Made by a program: the position numbers and the translations under genes
Shown here: positions 25,461-25,962 of the stretch, in pieces
How the letters are laid out: every line of letters begins with the position of its first letter
Numbering within the stretch: position 1 is the first letter of the stretch
Source: a virus
Lineage: Duplodnaviria; Caudoviricetes
Direction: 5' to 3' (one strand)
Length of the DNA stretch: 25,962 nt
IMG/VR virus record: IMGVR_UViG_3300020042_000672
Span: 1-25,962 of that record
The notes under the pieces: generated by a model
What the model was told of the DNA's origin: nothing
Database searches by the model: none
The model's input: only the letters and a program-made list of their open reading frames with translations

Positions 25461-25962
25461 ATGCCCTTACAAAAACTCCAGCTTCGCCCCGGTGTAAACA
25501 GAGAAAGCACCTCTTACGCCAATGAGGGTGGGTATTACGCATCCAACAAGATTCGGTTTCGCTCAGGTATGCCTGAGAAGGTTGGTGGTTGGGATAAAGA
25601 TACTGGGACAAACACTTCTACGTTGCAGCCAACTACAGGTACGCTTTGGGGTGTCTGTCGTGCGTTATGGAACTGGCTTAACTTAACAGGTTACAACTTG
25701 TTGGCGTTGGGAACAAACTTAAAATACTACATTCAAAGCGGTGTAAACGGCTTTTACTACGACGCAACCCCACTACGCAATACAACCACCGCAGGTGAGG
25801 CCACCTTTGCCGCTTCAACTGGATCTACAACAATTACTGTCACTGATGCTGGTCATGGTGCGCAAACTGGCGACTTTGTAACTTACAGCGGCGCTATTGC
25901 CTTAAGCACTCAAACTTATACAGCCGATATAGCCACAGACACAATTACTTTTACCACGGCAC
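25461..25962 (+). CDS. Tail structural protein (nozzle/stabilisation-like), truncated by the window end
   Basis: Open from ATG 25461 to the end: MPLQKLQLRPGVNRESTSYANEGGYYASNKIRFRSGMPEKVGGW..., with a later TITVTDAGHGAQTGDFVT beta module. Confidence 0.65.
   Translation, partial: MPLQKLQLRPGVNRESTSYANEGGYYASNKIRFRSGMPEKVGGWDKDTGTNTSTLQPTTGTLWGVCRALWNWLNLTGYNLLALGTNLKYYIQSGVNGFYYDATPLRNTTTAGEATFAASTGSTTITVTDAGHGAQTGDFVTYSGAIALSTQTYTADIATDTITFTTA

Noticed and set aside
1-25962. tRNA, rRNA, integrase, transposase, intron/intein or stop-codon recoding
   Set aside because: None recognised. Intergenic gaps are very short, and core genes are intact in the standard code.

Overview
This window is the morphogenesis/lysis arm of a tailed dsDNA phage (Caudoviricetes, podovirus-like: no sheath or tape-measure gene seen). 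All credible genes are on the + strand and most are translationally coupled. Order: LexA-type DNA-binding protein, terminase large subunit, portal, GroES-like co-chaperonin, scaffold-like protein, decoration-like protein, major capsid protein, terminator, putative promoter and pseudoknotted leader RNA, a ~6 kb block of small Lys/Met/Gly-rich proteins, head-tail adaptors, an array of tail fibre/chaperone modules, holin, M15 endolysin and a truncated tail protein. The best candidate for an undescribed system is the 9.5-15.3 kb block. Several proteins with unrelated N-terminal bodies share a C-terminal tag (hydrophobic-x-x-GG...ASxRADG[C/I]A[T/V]KGKT[K/R]G), and a short hydrophobic-x-x-GG motif recurs about 14 times. 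This suggests a sorting or processing signal for swappable virion cargo (inference only). Bases 1-152 are a near-perfect inverted copy of part of the terminase gene and are probably an assembly or amplification chimera. No database search was run; family names come from motif recognition and gene context.
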